A stretch of 64,000 bases of DNA from an uncultured Clostridia bacterium (GTDB lineage Bacteria; Bacillota; Clostridia; Oscillospirales; Oscillospiraceae): contig CAMOXK010000001.1 in the NCBI GenBank assembly GCA_946629065.1, forward strand, positions 19,054-83,053, written 5' to 3'. Position 1 is the stretch's first letter. Every line of letters starts with the position of its first letter. Shown one piece after another: positions 26,421 to 36,637 of the stretch. Below the pieces are notes generated by a model. The model was not told the origin of the DNA, made no database searches, and saw only the letters and a program-made list of their open reading frames with translations. A program made the position numbers and the translations under genes.

Positions 26421-26936
26421 TCAGCTTTCTTCCTCTTCCGTATCAGCTCCGCCCTGAAGTTCCTCTTCGGTGAGCATCCGCTCGCACTTGGAGGTAAAGA
26501 CGATACCGTCCAGATGATCGATCTCATGGCAGAAGCATCTTGCGGTAAGGCCGGTGCCCTCCGCCTCAAACCAGTTGCCGTAGCGGTCCTGAGCACGAAC
26601 CTTCACATTCATGGGGCGCTTTACCAGGCCATACTCACCGGGAACGCTGAGGCAGCCTTCCGGGCCATCCTGTTCACCGGAGGTCTCCAAGATCTCAGGG
26701 TTCACCAGCTCCAGCAGTTTTTCCGGCTCATTTTCCGGAACGTTGGTCTCGATGACGAGGACGACGCGGCGCAAAACGCCGACCTGAGGGGCGGCCAGGC
26801 CGACACCATTCGCATGTTCCAGCGTCTCAGCCATGTCATCCAGCAGCTGGTGCAGCCGCGGATTGAACTCCGTGACCGGACGGCATTTTTTGTAAAGAGC
26901 AGGCTGCTCTTTTGTCAGAATATTACGAAGTGCCAT
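26421..26936 (-). CDS. def: Peptide deformylase
   Basis: GVGLAAPQ, EGCLS and HEIDHL motifs. Start moved to MALRNIL (26936). Confidence 0.95.
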   Translation of the reverse strand: MALRNILTKEQPALYKKCRPVTEFNPRLHQLLDDMAETLEHANGVGLAAPQVGVLRRVVLVIETNVPENEPEKLLELVNPEILETSGEQDGPEGCLSVPGEYGLVKRPMNVKVRAQDRYGNWFEAEGTGLTARCFCHEIDHLDGIVFTSKCERMLTEEELQGGADTEEEES

Positions 26937-26964
26937 AGGATCTCCCATCTGCCAAAAAGGCTTT

Positions 26965-29214
26965 TTATGTATTGAGCGGGTCGTTTTCCGCAAAGACGGA
27001 AACACCGCGAAAACGCTTGTCTGTATTGCACTCGATCACCGCCTGGGCAATAAATGCGCGGATGGATGCCCCGGCAATGCAGTTGATATGCACGCGATAC
27101 CGAAATCGGTTGTTGACTTTTACCACGTTCAGAGGGGTTGGGCCGAGAAACTCCGCCTTGTGCAGGCCAAACAGCGCTTCCAGGCGATTCCGCACGAAAC
27201 GTCCGGCTTCCACGACAATGCTTTCGGTCATACCGGAGATCGTGACGGAGAGATGATCGGTAAAAGGCGGCGCGTGCTGCAGCTTTCTTACTTCCAGCTC
27301 CGAGGCATAAAACGCCTCGTAATCCTGCGCAGCCGCAAGACGGATGGTCTCGTTGCCGGGAGTATAGGTCTGGATAATGGCGCGCCCGGGTTTCGTACCG
27401 CGGCCGCTGCGTCCGACGACTTGGGTGATCAGGGAAAAGGTCCTCTCCCCTGCACGATAATCGCCGGCATAAAGACTCTGGTCCGCGGAGAGCACGCCCA
27501 CAAGGGTGACATTTTCAAAATTCAGGCCCTTGGTAACCATCTGCGTTCCCACAAGGAAAGGGATATTCTCTTTCCGAAACTGATCGAACAGTTCCTCATG
27601 AGAGCCGACCGGCGCAAGGGAATCGGTATCCATTCGCAGGATCTCCCGTCCCGGGAAGAGTTCCTGCAATTCTTCCACTACAAGCTGCGTTCCGGCCCCC
27701 ACATATTTGAGACGGCCTCCGCACTCCGGACAGGCGTCATCCACTCTCCTGGAATAGCCGCAATAATGACAAAGAAGTCTGTGATTGAGGCTGTGATAGG
27801 TCAGTGATACGCTGCAGCGGGGACATTTATAGGTGAAGCCGCAATCGCCGCAGCTGATAAGCTTGTTCGTTCCCCTTCGGTTGAGGAAAAGAATGCTCTG
27901 CTCCCCCGCGTCCAGGTTCTTTTGCAGCTCCTCAGCCAAAACAGAGCTGATACAGCCGCCGTTTCCCTCCCGCAGTTCCTTTTTCATGTCCACAATGCGG
28001 ACGCTTGGAAGCTGCTGCTCATTATAGCGCTTGTCCAGGCGGAAATAGGCATAACGCCCGATCTGCGCCTGATAACGGCTTACAAGCTCCGGCGTGGCGG
28101 AACCGAGAAGAAGGGTACAGCCGGCTTTGCTGCAGATATACTTGGCAACATCCCTGGCGTGATAACGCGGAGCGTTTTCGGAACGATAGGTCTCTTCCTG
28201 TTCCTCGTCGATGATCAGGATCCCCAGATCCCGGACAGGCGCAAAGACCGCGCTTCTGGTGCCAATGACCAGATGAGCGCTGCCGGAGCGAATGCGTTTC
28301 CATTCATCGTATCGCTCCCCCAGAGAAAGAGAGCTGTGCAAAACAGCAACCTCATCCCCAAAATGATTGGAGAAGGTGCGGAGCATTTGGGGCGTCAGGG
28401 CGATCTCCGGCACCAGCAGGATGGCGGATTTGCCCCGGGAGAGCTGACGATGGATAAGATGAATATAGATGCTGGTCTTTCCGCTGCCGGTGACGCCCTG
28501 CAGAAGAGCGCAGCCGGCCTTCCCGCTGCAGGTCAGAGCGGAGATCTTTTCAAAGACCTCACTCTGCTCCTCGTTTAAAATCGGCAAAGGAACTCGTTCT
28601 TCCGGCGGAATCTGGGAGCGACGGAAAACTTCCCTCTGGTAGAGAGCCACCAGGTCCTTATCGCAAAGCGCCTTCAAGGAGGAACGGGAGGCACTGCCGT
28701 GCAGCAGCAGATCCTTTACCGGAAGAGCCTCGAAGCTGCAAAGGAGGTCCAACAACTCCGCCTGTCTGGGCGATCTGTGTCGGATCCGATCTGCCAGATC
28801 GGCGGCATCTTCCGCAGGAATGGAAAGCCGGGCCATTTCGACCGTCTTGTCATTCACACGACGAGACCCATCCGGCTTGAACCATAGGCCTGTAGGCAGG
28901 ATAGCCTTTACTGCCTCATAGACCGTGCAGAAAAAACGCTCCCGCATAAAAAGGGCCAGACGGATCTGTTCCTCAGTGAGCACAGGCTGCTCGTCCAGGA
29001 CAGCGAGGATGGGCTTGAGCGCGTCAAACTTGCTTCCATCTGTCACGGCAAGGACGATCCCTTCCACACGACGGTTACCTCTTGAAAAGGGCACATACAC
29101 ACGCACGCCGGGAAGGACCTTTGCGTGCAGATCCTCAGGGATCAGATAATCATAAGGACGGTCGATCCAGTACGTCGCCGCTGACACCGCAACTTTTGCT
29201 ATGAGAACCGGCAA
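26965..29214 (-). CDS. priA: Primosomal replication restart helicase PriA
   Basis: Walker A GVTGSGKTS, DEEQ box and Cys-rich zinc-binding insert CGDCG..CPRC..CHYCG..CPECG. TTG start. Confidence 0.95.
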   Translation of the reverse strand: MPVLIAKVAVSAATYWIDRPYDYLIPEDLHAKVLPGVRVYVPFSRGNRRVEGIVLAVTDGSKFDALKPILAVLDEQPVLTEEQIRLALFMRERFFCTVYEAVKAILPTGLWFKPDGSRRVNDKTVEMARLSIPAEDAADLADRIRHRSPRQAELLDLLCSFEALPVKDLLLHGSASRSSLKALCDKDLVALYQREVFRRSQIPPEERVPLPILNEEQSEVFEKISALTCSGKAGCALLQGVTGSGKTSIYIHLIHRQLSRGKSAILLVPEIALTPQMLRTFSNHFGDEVAVLHSSLSLGERYDEWKRIRSGSAHLVIGTRSAVFAPVRDLGILIIDEEQEETYRSENAPRYHARDVAKYICSKAGCTLLLGSATPELVSRYQAQIGRYAYFRLDKRYNEQQLPSVRIVDMKKELREGNGGCISSVLAEELQKNLDAGEQSILFLNRRGTNKLISCGDCGFTYKCPRCSVSLTYHSLNHRLLCHYCGYSRRVDDACPECGGRLKYVGAGTQLVVEELQELFPGREILRMDTDSLAPVGSHEELFDQFRKENIPFLVGTQMVTKGLNFENVTLVGVLSADQSLYAGDYRAGERTFSLITQVVGRSGRGTKPGRAIIQTYTPGNETIRLAAAQDYEAFYASELEVRKLQHAPPFTDHLSVTISGMTESIVVEAGRFVRNRLEALFGLHKAEFLGPTPLNVVKVNNRFRYRVHINCIAGASIRAFIAQAVIECNTDKRFRGVSVFAENDPLNT

Positions 29215-29245
29215 GCAGGATCACCGCCCTTTCTGAAAATCAAAA

Positions 29246-29449
29246 TCAGTCGTTTTTCTCTTTCGCAATGGAGAGCTTACCGGTATAAACCTCGTCGATA
29301 GCAGAGGACACCGGCTTTCTGTCCAGAGAGATCTGGTTTTCCTCCGCCTCGGCGGAGATGACTCTTGCCCGGCGGGCGACCAGATTCACAAGCTGATAAC
29401 GGCTGCCGATCTTGTCGACCAGCTCGGCCACGGGGGGATAAAGCATCAT
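29246..29449 (-). CDS. rpoZ: DNA-directed RNA polymerase subunit omega
   Basis: SRYQLVNLVARRARV core motif. Start moved to ATG 29449. The track's GTG start is part of the GTGAGG SD. Confidence 0.88.
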   Translation of the reverse strand: MMLYPPVAELVDKIGSRYQLVNLVARRARVISAEAEENQISLDRKPVSSAIDEVYTGKLSIAKEKND

Positions 29450-29488
29450 AATGGATAACCTCACTTCTGCCGCTAAGCGGCGATTTTT

Positions 29489-30088
29489 TTAAAAATCCTT
29501 CAAAAGGTGAATTCTATGGGGAACTTTGCAATGTTCGGCAGTGAGAATGGAAGTAAACTCCCGGGCCGCCGTTTCAAGATCGTCATTGATGATGAGATAG
29601 TCGTAAAGCTCCGTTTCTTTCAATTCTTCAGAAGCGCGCTGAAGCCGCGCCTCGATCACATCCGGAGCGTCAGTGCCACGATTGACCAGCCTCCTGCGAA
29701 GCTCATCCAGGGAGGGCGGAACAATGAATACCAGGACGGCGTCCTTTTTCTTTTCCCGGACCTGACGGGCTCCCTGGACTTCGATATCCAGGATCACATT
29801 CAGACCTTCATTGAGCTTCTGCTCCACGAAGGCCCGGGGGGTGCCATAGGAGTGGGCAACATACTGGGCATGTTCCAAAAGCTCGTCCCGCTCCACCATC
29901 TCCTGAAAACGCTGGGGGTCGATGAAGAAATAGTCTTTTCCGTCCACCTCACCGGGCCGGGGAGACCGGGTGGTAACAGAGGTGGAGAAGCACATATCTT
30001 CCCTACCCTGGATCGCTTTGTTGACAACGGTGCTCTTTCCGGAGCCGGAAGGACCGGAAATCACGATCAGCTTGCCTTTTTCATTCAT
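29489..30088 (-). CDS. gmk: Guanylate kinase
   Basis: [12 protein letters not shown]-loop and TTR.PR.GE.DG.DY motifs. Confidence 0.96.
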   Translation of the reverse strand: MNEKGKLIVISGPSGSGKSTVVNKAIQGREDMCFSTSVTTRSPRPGEVDGKDYFFIDPQRFQEMVERDELLEHAQYVAHSYGTPRAFVEQKLNEGLNVILDIEVQGARQVREKKKDAVLVFIVPPSLDELRRRLVNRGTDAPDVIEARLQRASEELKETELYDYLIINDDLETAAREFTSILTAEHCKVPHRIHLLKDF

Positions 30089-30348
30089 GAATCTTTCGCT
30101 TCCTCCTCCAGAGCACGCCCTTCGAAGCGGGCTGCCAAAGTTTCAGGGGTCAGGGCCGACAGGATCACATTGCCGCTGTCCATAATGAGGACAGCGCGGG
30201 TGCTGCGGCCGAAAGAGGCATCGATGAGAGCACCCCGTTCTCTGACCTCCTGGATCATACGCTTGATGGGGGCAGACTCGGGACTTACGATGGAGATGAC
30301 CCGCTCCGCCGAGACCAAATTGCCAAATCCAATACCGATGAGTTTCAT
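30085..30348 (-). CDS. remA: RemA/YlzA (DUF370) regulator
   Basis: [28 protein letters not shown] is the hallmark sequence. 4-nt overlap with gmk. Confidence 0.9.
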   Translation of the reverse strand: MKLIGIGFGNLVSAERVISIVSPESAPIKRMIQEVRERGALIDASFGRSTRAVLIMDSGNVILSALTPETLAARFEGRALEEEAKDS

Positions 30349-30362
30349 ACCAACACGCTCGC

Positions 30363-31241
30363 TTACTCGATGTTCTGGATCTGCTCGCGGATCTTTTCAA
30401 TCTCAGACTTCAGATCCACGACCACATGGGCGATCTTGGAGTTTTGGCACTTGGAGCCGATGGTATTCGCTTCGCGGTTGAACTCCTGCACCAGGAAATC
30501 AATCTTTCGACCGATGGGAGATTCCCCTCTGATCATGGTGTCAAGCTGGGCCATATGGCTGCGGAGCCGCACCGTCTCCTCGTCCACGGCGATATGATCG
30601 GCAAAGATGGCGGCCTCCGCAAGAATACGGTTTTCATCGATCCCGGCGCTTCCCAGGACTTCCGCCATTTTCTGCTCCAGGCGCCGCCGGTAATCAGAAA
30701 CAGTTTCGGGGGCTTTTTCTTCCACTGTGGAAACCAGCGAATCGATCGTCCGGAGTCTGTTCAGAACATCATCCCGCAGGCGCTCGCCTTCCCGGAGACG
30801 CATGGTGTCAAAATCCTGCAGAGCCTGTTCGACGATCTCCAGAATGCCAGCGCCGATCTCTTCGGCGTCAAGATCCTTTTTTTCCACGGTGAGAACATCG
30901 GGAAAGCGGCTGACGCTGAGAGCGGTAAGATCCTGCGGAAGACCGTATTCCTCGGAAATGGAACGGATCGCATCCAGATATCCTTTGAGCAGAGACTCAT
31001 TGACCTTGACGACCACATCGCCGGCCTGTGAGGCATCTACCGTGACAAAAACGTCCACTTTTCCGCGGCTGATATGAGACTGAACCTTGGATTTGATGGA
31101 CTCCTCCGCAAACAGGAAGCTCCTGGGGAGTCGGACGGAGGTATCCAGATAGCGATTGTTTACGCTTTTGAGTTCAACACTGATCTCAAGGCCATCGACA
31201 ACTGCTTTTGCGCTGCCGTAGCCGGTCATGCTTTTGATCAT
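30363..31241 (-). CDS. yicC: YicC/YloC-family endoribonuclease
   Basis: [10 protein letters not shown]-terminus and C-terminal EFNRE.NTIGSK motif. Start moved to 31241, which lies behind a GGAGGA SD. Confidence 0.9.
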   Translation of the reverse strand: MIKSMTGYGSAKAVVDGLEISVELKSVNNRYLDTSVRLPRSFLFAEESIKSKVQSHISRGKVDVFVTVDASQAGDVVVKVNESLLKGYLDAIRSISEEYGLPQDLTALSVSRFPDVLTVEKKDLDAEEIGAGILEIVEQALQDFDTMRLREGERLRDDVLNRLRTIDSLVSTVEEKAPETVSDYRRRLEQKMAEVLGSAGIDENRILAEAAIFADHIAVDEETVRLRSHMAQLDTMIRGESPIGRKIDFLVQEFNREANTIGSKCQNSKIAHVVVDLKSEIEKIREQIQNIE

Positions 31242-31257
31242 AAATCCTCCAGTTCCA

Positions 31258-31659
31258 TCACGCGATGATATCAAAGGTGATGGCTTTTTCTTGTTTGGTA
31301 CGGCGCTGGGTCAATACCAGCAGAATGGCGCTGAGAATGAGTGAAGCAAAGCTTACCAGAATCCGGACACCCTCCCCCGCACCGGAAAGTGCAGCAAGGG
31401 CATAGCCTGCGAAAAAGAAGAGAAGGGGCATGATGTAAACCAGAAACGCAGCTCCGAAGATACGGGAGCTCTTGCTGGAAATAATGACCTTCTGTCCTGG
31501 TTTTGCCTGGATCAGATTGCGGGCTTCCACACGGAGCTCGCTTTGGAACATGCAGCTTTCACAGCTGCCGCAATTACCGCCGCAGGCTGTCCCGCGCGTG
31601 ACGGCAACCTCAGCCATCTCCTTCGGCAGAAGTTTGATGACAACCGCATCCTGGGTCAT
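31258..31659 (-). CDS. RseC/MucC-family (SoxR-reducing-system) membrane protein
   Basis: N-terminal Cys cluster ACGGNCGSCESC followed by two TM helices. ATGA overlap with cdaR. Confidence 0.7.
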   Translation of the reverse strand: MTQDAVVIKLLPKEMAEVAVTRGTACGGNCGSCESCMFQSELRVEARNLIQAKPGQKVIISSKSSRIFGAAFLVYIMPLLFFFAGYALAALSGAGEGVRILVSFASLILSAILLVLTQRRTKQEKAITFDIIA

Positions 31660-32936
31660 GGCTGAACCTCCTCGCCGCGTCGGACAAGACGAATGGCCAC
31701 AGTATAATCGGGCTGACCGTCCTCCTGGATCGCGCCAACGCCGGGAATGGAAGGAACCGTGACAGTAACCGTCACCAAGTGACTGCCCAGCCCCTGCATC
31801 AGGTCTGTCAGATCGGCCTCCGCATGGATCGTGAATGGCGTAACGCGGGAAAGCAGGTTATGAGGACCGCGCAGCAGCACGGGGATCTGCTCAGATTCTA
31901 CGATCACTTCAACATCTTCATCCAGGCCGATCCAAGTGAACTCTTCGATATCAAAAAGCTTCGTCTCCACACCGAGGACTTCGACTGTGACCGTAGCCTC
32001 CGAAGCACCGGAGAGATTGCGGATGCCGTTTGGAACAGGGATCGAATAGGTAGCGGTGAATTTGGTGCCAAAGCTGGTGAGATCGATGGTATCCAGCTGG
32101 ATCTGATTGATCTCCGCCAGAACGGCAGAGTCTCCCGCCAGTTTCAGGACCTTCGGTTCAATGCTGATGCGGGTATTCTCAGCAGCAGCGCCCGAGCCCT
32201 CCTGTACACTGATCGCCAGCGGAACTTCTTTCACTGCAAGGACAGGGAGCGTCGCCCGGATGATGTCAGGTGCGGCAGAGATATTTTCGTTGGAGCAGGG
32301 CTCGTCATTGGCATCCATCAAGGTATAACCAGCCTCAACGGAATAGGTGCTGTCCAGCGTCAGATCTTTTCCGAAAGTGACATAGGCGTGATGTACGTTT
32401 CTCAAATAAACTTCCGGACCGCTGACAGTGACAGTGGAAGGCTCAAAAATCGGCGTCTCCTGAATATAGCCGCTGCTTGCTTTTCCCTCAAAGCCGCCCT
32501 GTACGGGGACCGTCTTGCTGGTGAGCTTGGATACCATAAAGCTTACGGAATCTTGGGAACGGTTGATGACCTGGAGGCTGCGGCGATCCACGCCGGAGGG
32601 ATAAATAATGGTGTAATTCAGAGAGGTATAAGCCGTCTGAGAGAGTTTGCTGACATCGACCTGAGCAACAAGATCGGTAGCTTCCAGCGCGTTCACCGTT
32701 CTGCGCGGCCCGGAGATCTCCAAAGTAACAGTTGGGGTATCCAGATCGGTGATCACAAGCTCACGCATATTGAGAAGGGTATCCTCCCCTACCAGCTCTA
32801 CCTGGACATTCCGAAAAGTCTTGGTGGATACCACGGTTTCCACAGAAACCACATAGATCCAAATGGAAAGAGATACCAGGAAGGAAATGATCATCCAGAA
32901 GAGCTTGCTGTCAAACAGTTTTCTAATTTTTCTCAT
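31656..32936 (-). CDS. cdaR: CdaR (YbbR-repeat) regulator of diadenylate cyclase
   Basis: N-terminal TM helix followed by repeated YbbR-like beta domains. It overlaps and follows cdaA. Confidence 0.85.
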   Translation of the reverse strand: MRKIRKLFDSKLFWMIISFLVSLSIWIYVVSVETVVSTKTFRNVQVELVGEDTLLNMRELVITDLDTPTVTLEISGPRRTVNALEATDLVAQVDVSKLSQTAYTSLNYTIIYPSGVDRRSLQVINRSQDSVSFMVSKLTSKTVPVQGGFEGKASSGYIQETPIFEPSTVTVSGPEVYLRNVHHAYVTFGKDLTLDSTYSVEAGYTLMDANDEPCSNENISAAPDIIRATLPVLAVKEVPLAISVQEGSGAAAENTRISIEPKVLKLAGDSAVLAEINQIQLDTIDLTSFGTKFTATYSIPVPNGIRNLSGASEATVTVEVLGVETKLFDIEEFTWIGLDEDVEVIVESEQIPVLLRGPHNLLSRVTPFTIHAEADLTDLMQGLGSHLVTVTVTVPSIPGVGAIQEDGQPDYTVAIRLVRRGEEVQP

Positions 32937-33789
32937 TTTGATTTCCTCTGAAGAAAGCCCGGATCTTTTTCAGGAGCTTAGCGCTTGTGCGAGTCTCCTC
33001 TTCCTGCTGGATAAGTTCCGTACGGAGGAGCTTGTCCAGCGTTTCGCCGTTCAGATGCCGCTTGAGGAGGCCCTCAACAGCAAGGGAAATGTCCCCTGTC
33101 TCCTCCGAGACGATGATCACCACCGCATCGGACTGTTCGCTTAGGCCTATTCCGGCGCGATGGCGCATACCGAGTTCCTTGCTGAGATTGGTGCTCTGAG
33201 TGAGGGGAAGAACGCAGCCGGCGGCTGCGATCCTGCCTTCCCGCATGATCACCGCGCCGTCATGCAGGGGAGCTTTGTTATAAAACAGGTTCTTGATAAG
33301 CTCCGCAGAGATGTCGGAATTGATGATGGTGCCTGTGGTCATGATGCTGTTGAGCTTCTCTTTTCGCTCAAAGATCAGCAAAGCGCCGGTATGAGAAGCT
33401 GACATTTGGGTGCAGGCCAAAACAGTCTGCGTAATGCCATCCTCGATTTCGGTGCTGGAGGCCGTACGCTTGGAGGAAAAACTCCGCCCCATACGCTCCA
33501 GCAGGCGGCGAAGCTCCGGCTGGAAGAGGACAACCAAAGCGATGAGCCCCAATTCCACAGTCCTTCTGAGCAGGAAGTTGATCATGGTCAGCTGGAAAAT
33601 ATAAGAGAGCCAAAGGGCAATCAGGATCAGAGCGACGCCCTTGGCCAGATTGTAGGAATTGGTCCTGCGCACGAACCAAATGACCTTGTAGATCAGATAG
33701 GCCACAATGATCACGTCCAAAAGATCCGTGATGCCCATGGTCTTGATTCCGTTGAAGGCGGTGACAAATATGCTTGTTACAGCTTCCAT
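32923..33789 (-). CDS. cdaA: Diadenylate cyclase CdaA
   Basis: Three N-terminal TM helices and a DAC domain with DGA(V)I and RHRA motifs. Start probably at MEAVTS (33789). The track start 33819 is also possible. Confidence 0.9.
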   Translation of the reverse strand: MEAVTSIFVTAFNGIKTMGITDLLDVIIVAYLIYKVIWFVRRTNSYNLAKGVALILIALWLSYIFQLTMINFLLRRTVELGLIALVVLFQPELRRLLERMGRSFSSKRTASSTEIEDGITQTVLACTQMSASHTGALLIFERKEKLNSIMTTGTIINSDISAELIKNLFYNKAPLHDGAVIMREGRIAAAGCVLPLTQSTNLSKELGMRHRAGIGLSEQSDAVVIIVSEETGDISLAVEGLLKRHLNGETLDKLLRTELIQQEEETRTSAKLLKKIRAFFRGNQNEKN

Positions 33790-33859
33790 GCAATCATCCT
33801 TTTCTTTCGCGGAACCCATTGGGTTTTACCGCATACCACTCCACTTTATTCATTCGGGT

Positions 33860-33888
33860 ATTATAACGCATTTCCGGTCAAAAGGCAA
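33860..33888 (-). promoter_or_regulatory. Sigma-A type promoter for cdaA operon
   Basis: Minus strand TTGCCT (33888-33883), 17-nt spacer, TATAAT (33865-33860). Confidence 0.5.
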
Positions 33889-33919
33889 CAGATGGAAGCA
33901 AGATAAAACTGAAATTATC

Positions 33920-35041
33920 TTAAGACAACGGAGTGGAAAGAACCTGACGAAGAACGCGGCAAGCTTCCCGAAGCTCTCTTTCCCGCAAATAGGGAGAGAA
34001 GCTGAGACGCAAAGTTCCAGTCTCCAGCGTACCGGCACTCTCATGGGCCAGCGGCGCACAGTGAAGCCCGCTTCTAGCGCAAATATGATGTTCATTCAGC
34101 CTGCTTGCAAGGGTCTCGCAATCGATGTTCTGGCTGCGCAAAGAGAGGACGCCGGCTTGCTGTGCTCCTTCCTTCGTGAAGAGTTCGCAGTTTGCCTCTC
34201 GCAGTTCCTCAATGGCCAGCCGCAAAAGCACATGTTCGTGGTGAAAGATCGCTGCAGGTGATTGGGAGAGAACGGATTCGATCCCCGCCATAAGGCCGGC
34301 TATGCCGCAGACATTGTGCGTTCCTGCTTCCAGACGCTCCGGAAGATCATCAGGCATGATCGGAAGCCTGCTCTCCGAACCGGAACCGCCGAAGAGGAGC
34401 GGCTGAGCGTTTTCTCTACACAGAAGGATTCCCGTCCCTTGTGGGCCGAGCAGCCCTTTATGACCCGGCATAGCCATAAACGCCACACCCAGATCATCAA
34501 AATCCAGGTCCAGGATGCCGGCAGCCTGGGAGGCGTCCAGAATCAGGGGGACGCCCGATTTCCTGCATAAGGCCGCGATCTCCCGGTAGGGCAGAATATA
34601 ACCGAATGCATTGGACACCACCGTGCAAACGGCAAAATCGGCACCAGTCAGCGCTTCCTGAAACGCCTTGATACTATCTTCCGGCTCAAACAGCTTTCGC
34701 CCCGCGACTTTGACACTGCAGCCCAGGGCATGCAGCGGGCGTGTGACGGCGTTATGCTCAAAGCCCGAAACCACCGCATTTTTCCCGTATATGGCAAGGG
34801 ATGCGATGGCAAGATTCAAAGCATGGGTGGCGTTCATGGTGAAGACGACGTGGTCCGGACGCTCCATGTGGAAGAGCTCCGCCGCCTTTTCCCGGCAGCG
34901 GAAAACGGTTTCGGCCGCAAGCATGGCGGGAACATGGCCGCCGCGGCCGGGACTTGCCATTGACCGCAACGCTTCCGCCATGGCATATTCCACAGCAGAG
35001 GGTTTCAGCAGCGAGGTAGCCGCAGAATCCAGATAGATCAC
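33920..35041 (-). CDS. Class V aminotransferase-fold PLP enzyme (cysteine desulfurase family)
   Basis: MIYLDSAATS.. N-terminus and PLP-lysine context MPGHKGL. GTGA overlap with the upstream DUF3343 gene. Confidence 0.85.
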   Translation of the reverse strand: MIYLDSAATSLLKPSAVEYAMAEALRSMASPGRGGHVPAMLAAETVFRCREKAAELFHMERPDHVVFTMNATHALNLAIASLAIYGKNAVVSGFEHNAVTRPLHALGCSVKVAGRKLFEPEDSIKAFQEALTGADFAVCTVVSNAFGYILPYREIAALCRKSGVPLILDASQAAGILDLDFDDLGVAFMAMPGHKGLLGPQGTGILLCRENAQPLLFGGSGSESRLPIMPDDLPERLEAGTHNVCGIAGLMAGIESVLSQSPAAIFHHEHVLLRLAIEELREANCELFTKEGAQQAGVLSLRSQNIDCETLASRLNEHHICARSGLHCAPLAHESAGTLETGTLRLSFSPYLRERELREACRVLRQVLSTPLS

Positions 35042-35289
35042 AGCTTCACCTCCCGAAAATCGCCATGTTCCATCTTTTCAAAAACCATTCCGTTTGGAAT
35101 TCGTGCTTCTCCGATGATCCGGAGGGCGTCATGGATCCGATGACGTACGATAAGTGCGTAACCGCAGCCTTTGGGACTGACGCCCTGCGGAAGACGGGCT
35201 AGAACGGCGGTGACCCCACTCCTTTCCAGGATGCGGGCCGCTCTTTGGGCATGGGTCAAAGACCGAAAGGAGATCCAGTATTGCGGCAT
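35038..35289 (-). CDS. DUF3343-family small protein (putative S/Se carrier)
   Basis: 83 aa with FRS.THAQRAARILE...P.G.S.KGCGYAL pattern typical of DUF3343. Confidence 0.7.
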   Translation of the reverse strand: MPQYWISFRSLTHAQRAARILERSGVTAVLARLPQGVSPKGCGYALIVRHRIHDALRIIGEARIPNGMVFEKMEHGDFREVKL

Positions 35290-35308
35290 AGGCGTCCTCC
35301 CCTTTCCA

Positions 35309-35340
35309 AAACAAAAAGATCCCGCCCTCTGGCGGGATCT
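35309..35340 (-). terminator. Terminator after ispF
   Basis: On the minus strand, agatcccgcc pairs with ggcgggatct and is followed by ttttgtttt. A second 12-bp hairpin precedes it at 35346-35375. Confidence 0.8.
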
Positions 35341-35396
35341 TCTTTCCGCACAGGATGCAATTCATCCTATGCGGGACGATTCAATTTGGGAACCGA

Positions 35397-35867
35397 TCAT
35401 TCCTCCAAAAGAGCGACGGCCTGGGCCGCGATGCCCAATTCTTCGCCGGTAAAACCCAAATGCTCTTCCGTAGTGGCCTTGACACTGACACGGTCCGAAG
35501 AAATACCCAGACTTTCCGCAATGTTTTGACGGATCTGCGGAATGTAGGGGGCGAGTTTCGGACGCTGGGCGACAACGGTACAGTCCACATTTCCCACGTG
35601 AAAATGGTTTTGCTGCAAAACAGCTGCGACCTGTTCCAGAAGCTTCCGGCTGTCCGCGCCCGCATAGGCAGGATCGGTATCCGGGAAGAGCTTTCCGATG
35701 TCCCCGAGGGCCGCCGCGCCCAAAAGCGCATCCATCAGCGCATGGAGAAGGACATCCGCATCCGAATGGCCGAGGAGTCCTTTTTCATAAGGGATCTCAA
35801 CACCGCCGAGAATGAGTTTTCTGCCTTCAACAAGCCGGTGAACGTCATATCCTTGTCCGATTCTCAT
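35397..35867 (-). CDS. ispF: 2-C-methyl-D-erythritol 2,4-cyclodiphosphate synthase
   Basis: [12 protein letters not shown] and GHSDADV motifs. Start moved from track 35903 to 35867. Confidence 0.95.
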   Translation of the reverse strand: MRIGQGYDVHRLVEGRKLILGGVEIPYEKGLLGHSDADVLLHALMDALLGAAALGDIGKLFPDTDPAYAGADSRKLLEQVAAVLQQNHFHVGNVDCTVVAQRPKLAPYIPQIRQNIAESLGISSDRVSVKATTEEHLGFTGEELGIAAQAVALLEE

Positions 35868-36624
35868 TGCGCTCTCTCCTGTCTCGCAGGATTGCTGCGG
35901 CAAGCAGCATATCCAGCGGCTTTGTGAGCTTGATGTTCTCTTCGTCGCCTTCCACCAGATAAGTGGTAACTCCGAGGATCTCCATGGCGGAACTGTCGTC
36001 TGTCAGGGCAAGGCCTTGCTTCATAGCCTTGGTCAGGGCGCCTTTGATCAGTTCGGATTTGAAGACCTGAGGGGTCTGGATACGCCATGTAGTCTCCCGA
36101 TCCACCGTGCCGATGATAGCGCCGTCTTGTCCGGCGGTCTTTAAAGTATCGGTACTGCGGATGGCGGGAACCGCCGCGTTTTTCTTTGCGGCCATCTCCA
36201 CGGTACGACGAATAAGATCCTCAGTGACAAGGGGCCTTGCGCCGTCATGAATCGCGATCAGAGAGGCTTTAGCGCTGACCTCCGAAACGCCCGTGAGTGC
36301 AGACTCTGCCCTGGTTTTTCCCCCGGTGACGACCTTGGTAACCTTACCGATATTATACTCCCGGCAAAGCTCCGTGACTTCGTTCAGCTTCTCCAGAGAA
36401 GTGACAACGACGATCTCATTGATCGCATCGCAGTCCTGAAAAGGGCGGAGCGTCCTGGCAAGAACAGGGACTTCCCCCAGCTTTGCAAGGATCTTGTCAT
36501 TGCCCATCCGGACAGAACTTCCCGCCGCAAGGATGACAGCCGAGCAGCTTGGTTTCTTGTCCCCACCGGAAAAGATACGGGAGATTTTTTTGATGGTTTC
36601 CAGCTGATTGCTCACAAGCAGCAT
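35845..36624 (-). CDS. ispD: 2-C-methyl-D-erythritol 4-phosphate cytidylyltransferase
   Basis: [13 protein letters not shown] motif preceded by a ~27-aa N-terminal extension. The exact start is uncertain (ATG 36624 or GTG 36615). Confidence 0.9.
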   Translation of the reverse strand: MLLVSNQLETIKKISRIFSGGDKKPSCSAVILAAGSSVRMGNDKILAKLGEVPVLARTLRPFQDCDAINEIVVVTSLEKLNEVTELCREYNIGKVTKVVTGGKTRAESALTGVSEVSAKASLIAIHDGARPLVTEDLIRRTVEMAAKKNAAVPAIRSTDTLKTAGQDGAIIGTVDRETTWRIQTPQVFKSELIKGALTKAMKQGLALTDDSSAMEILGVTTYLVEGDEENIKLTKPLDMLLAAAILRDRRERNENRTRI

Positions 36625-36637
36625 CCCCTTCCGTTTC

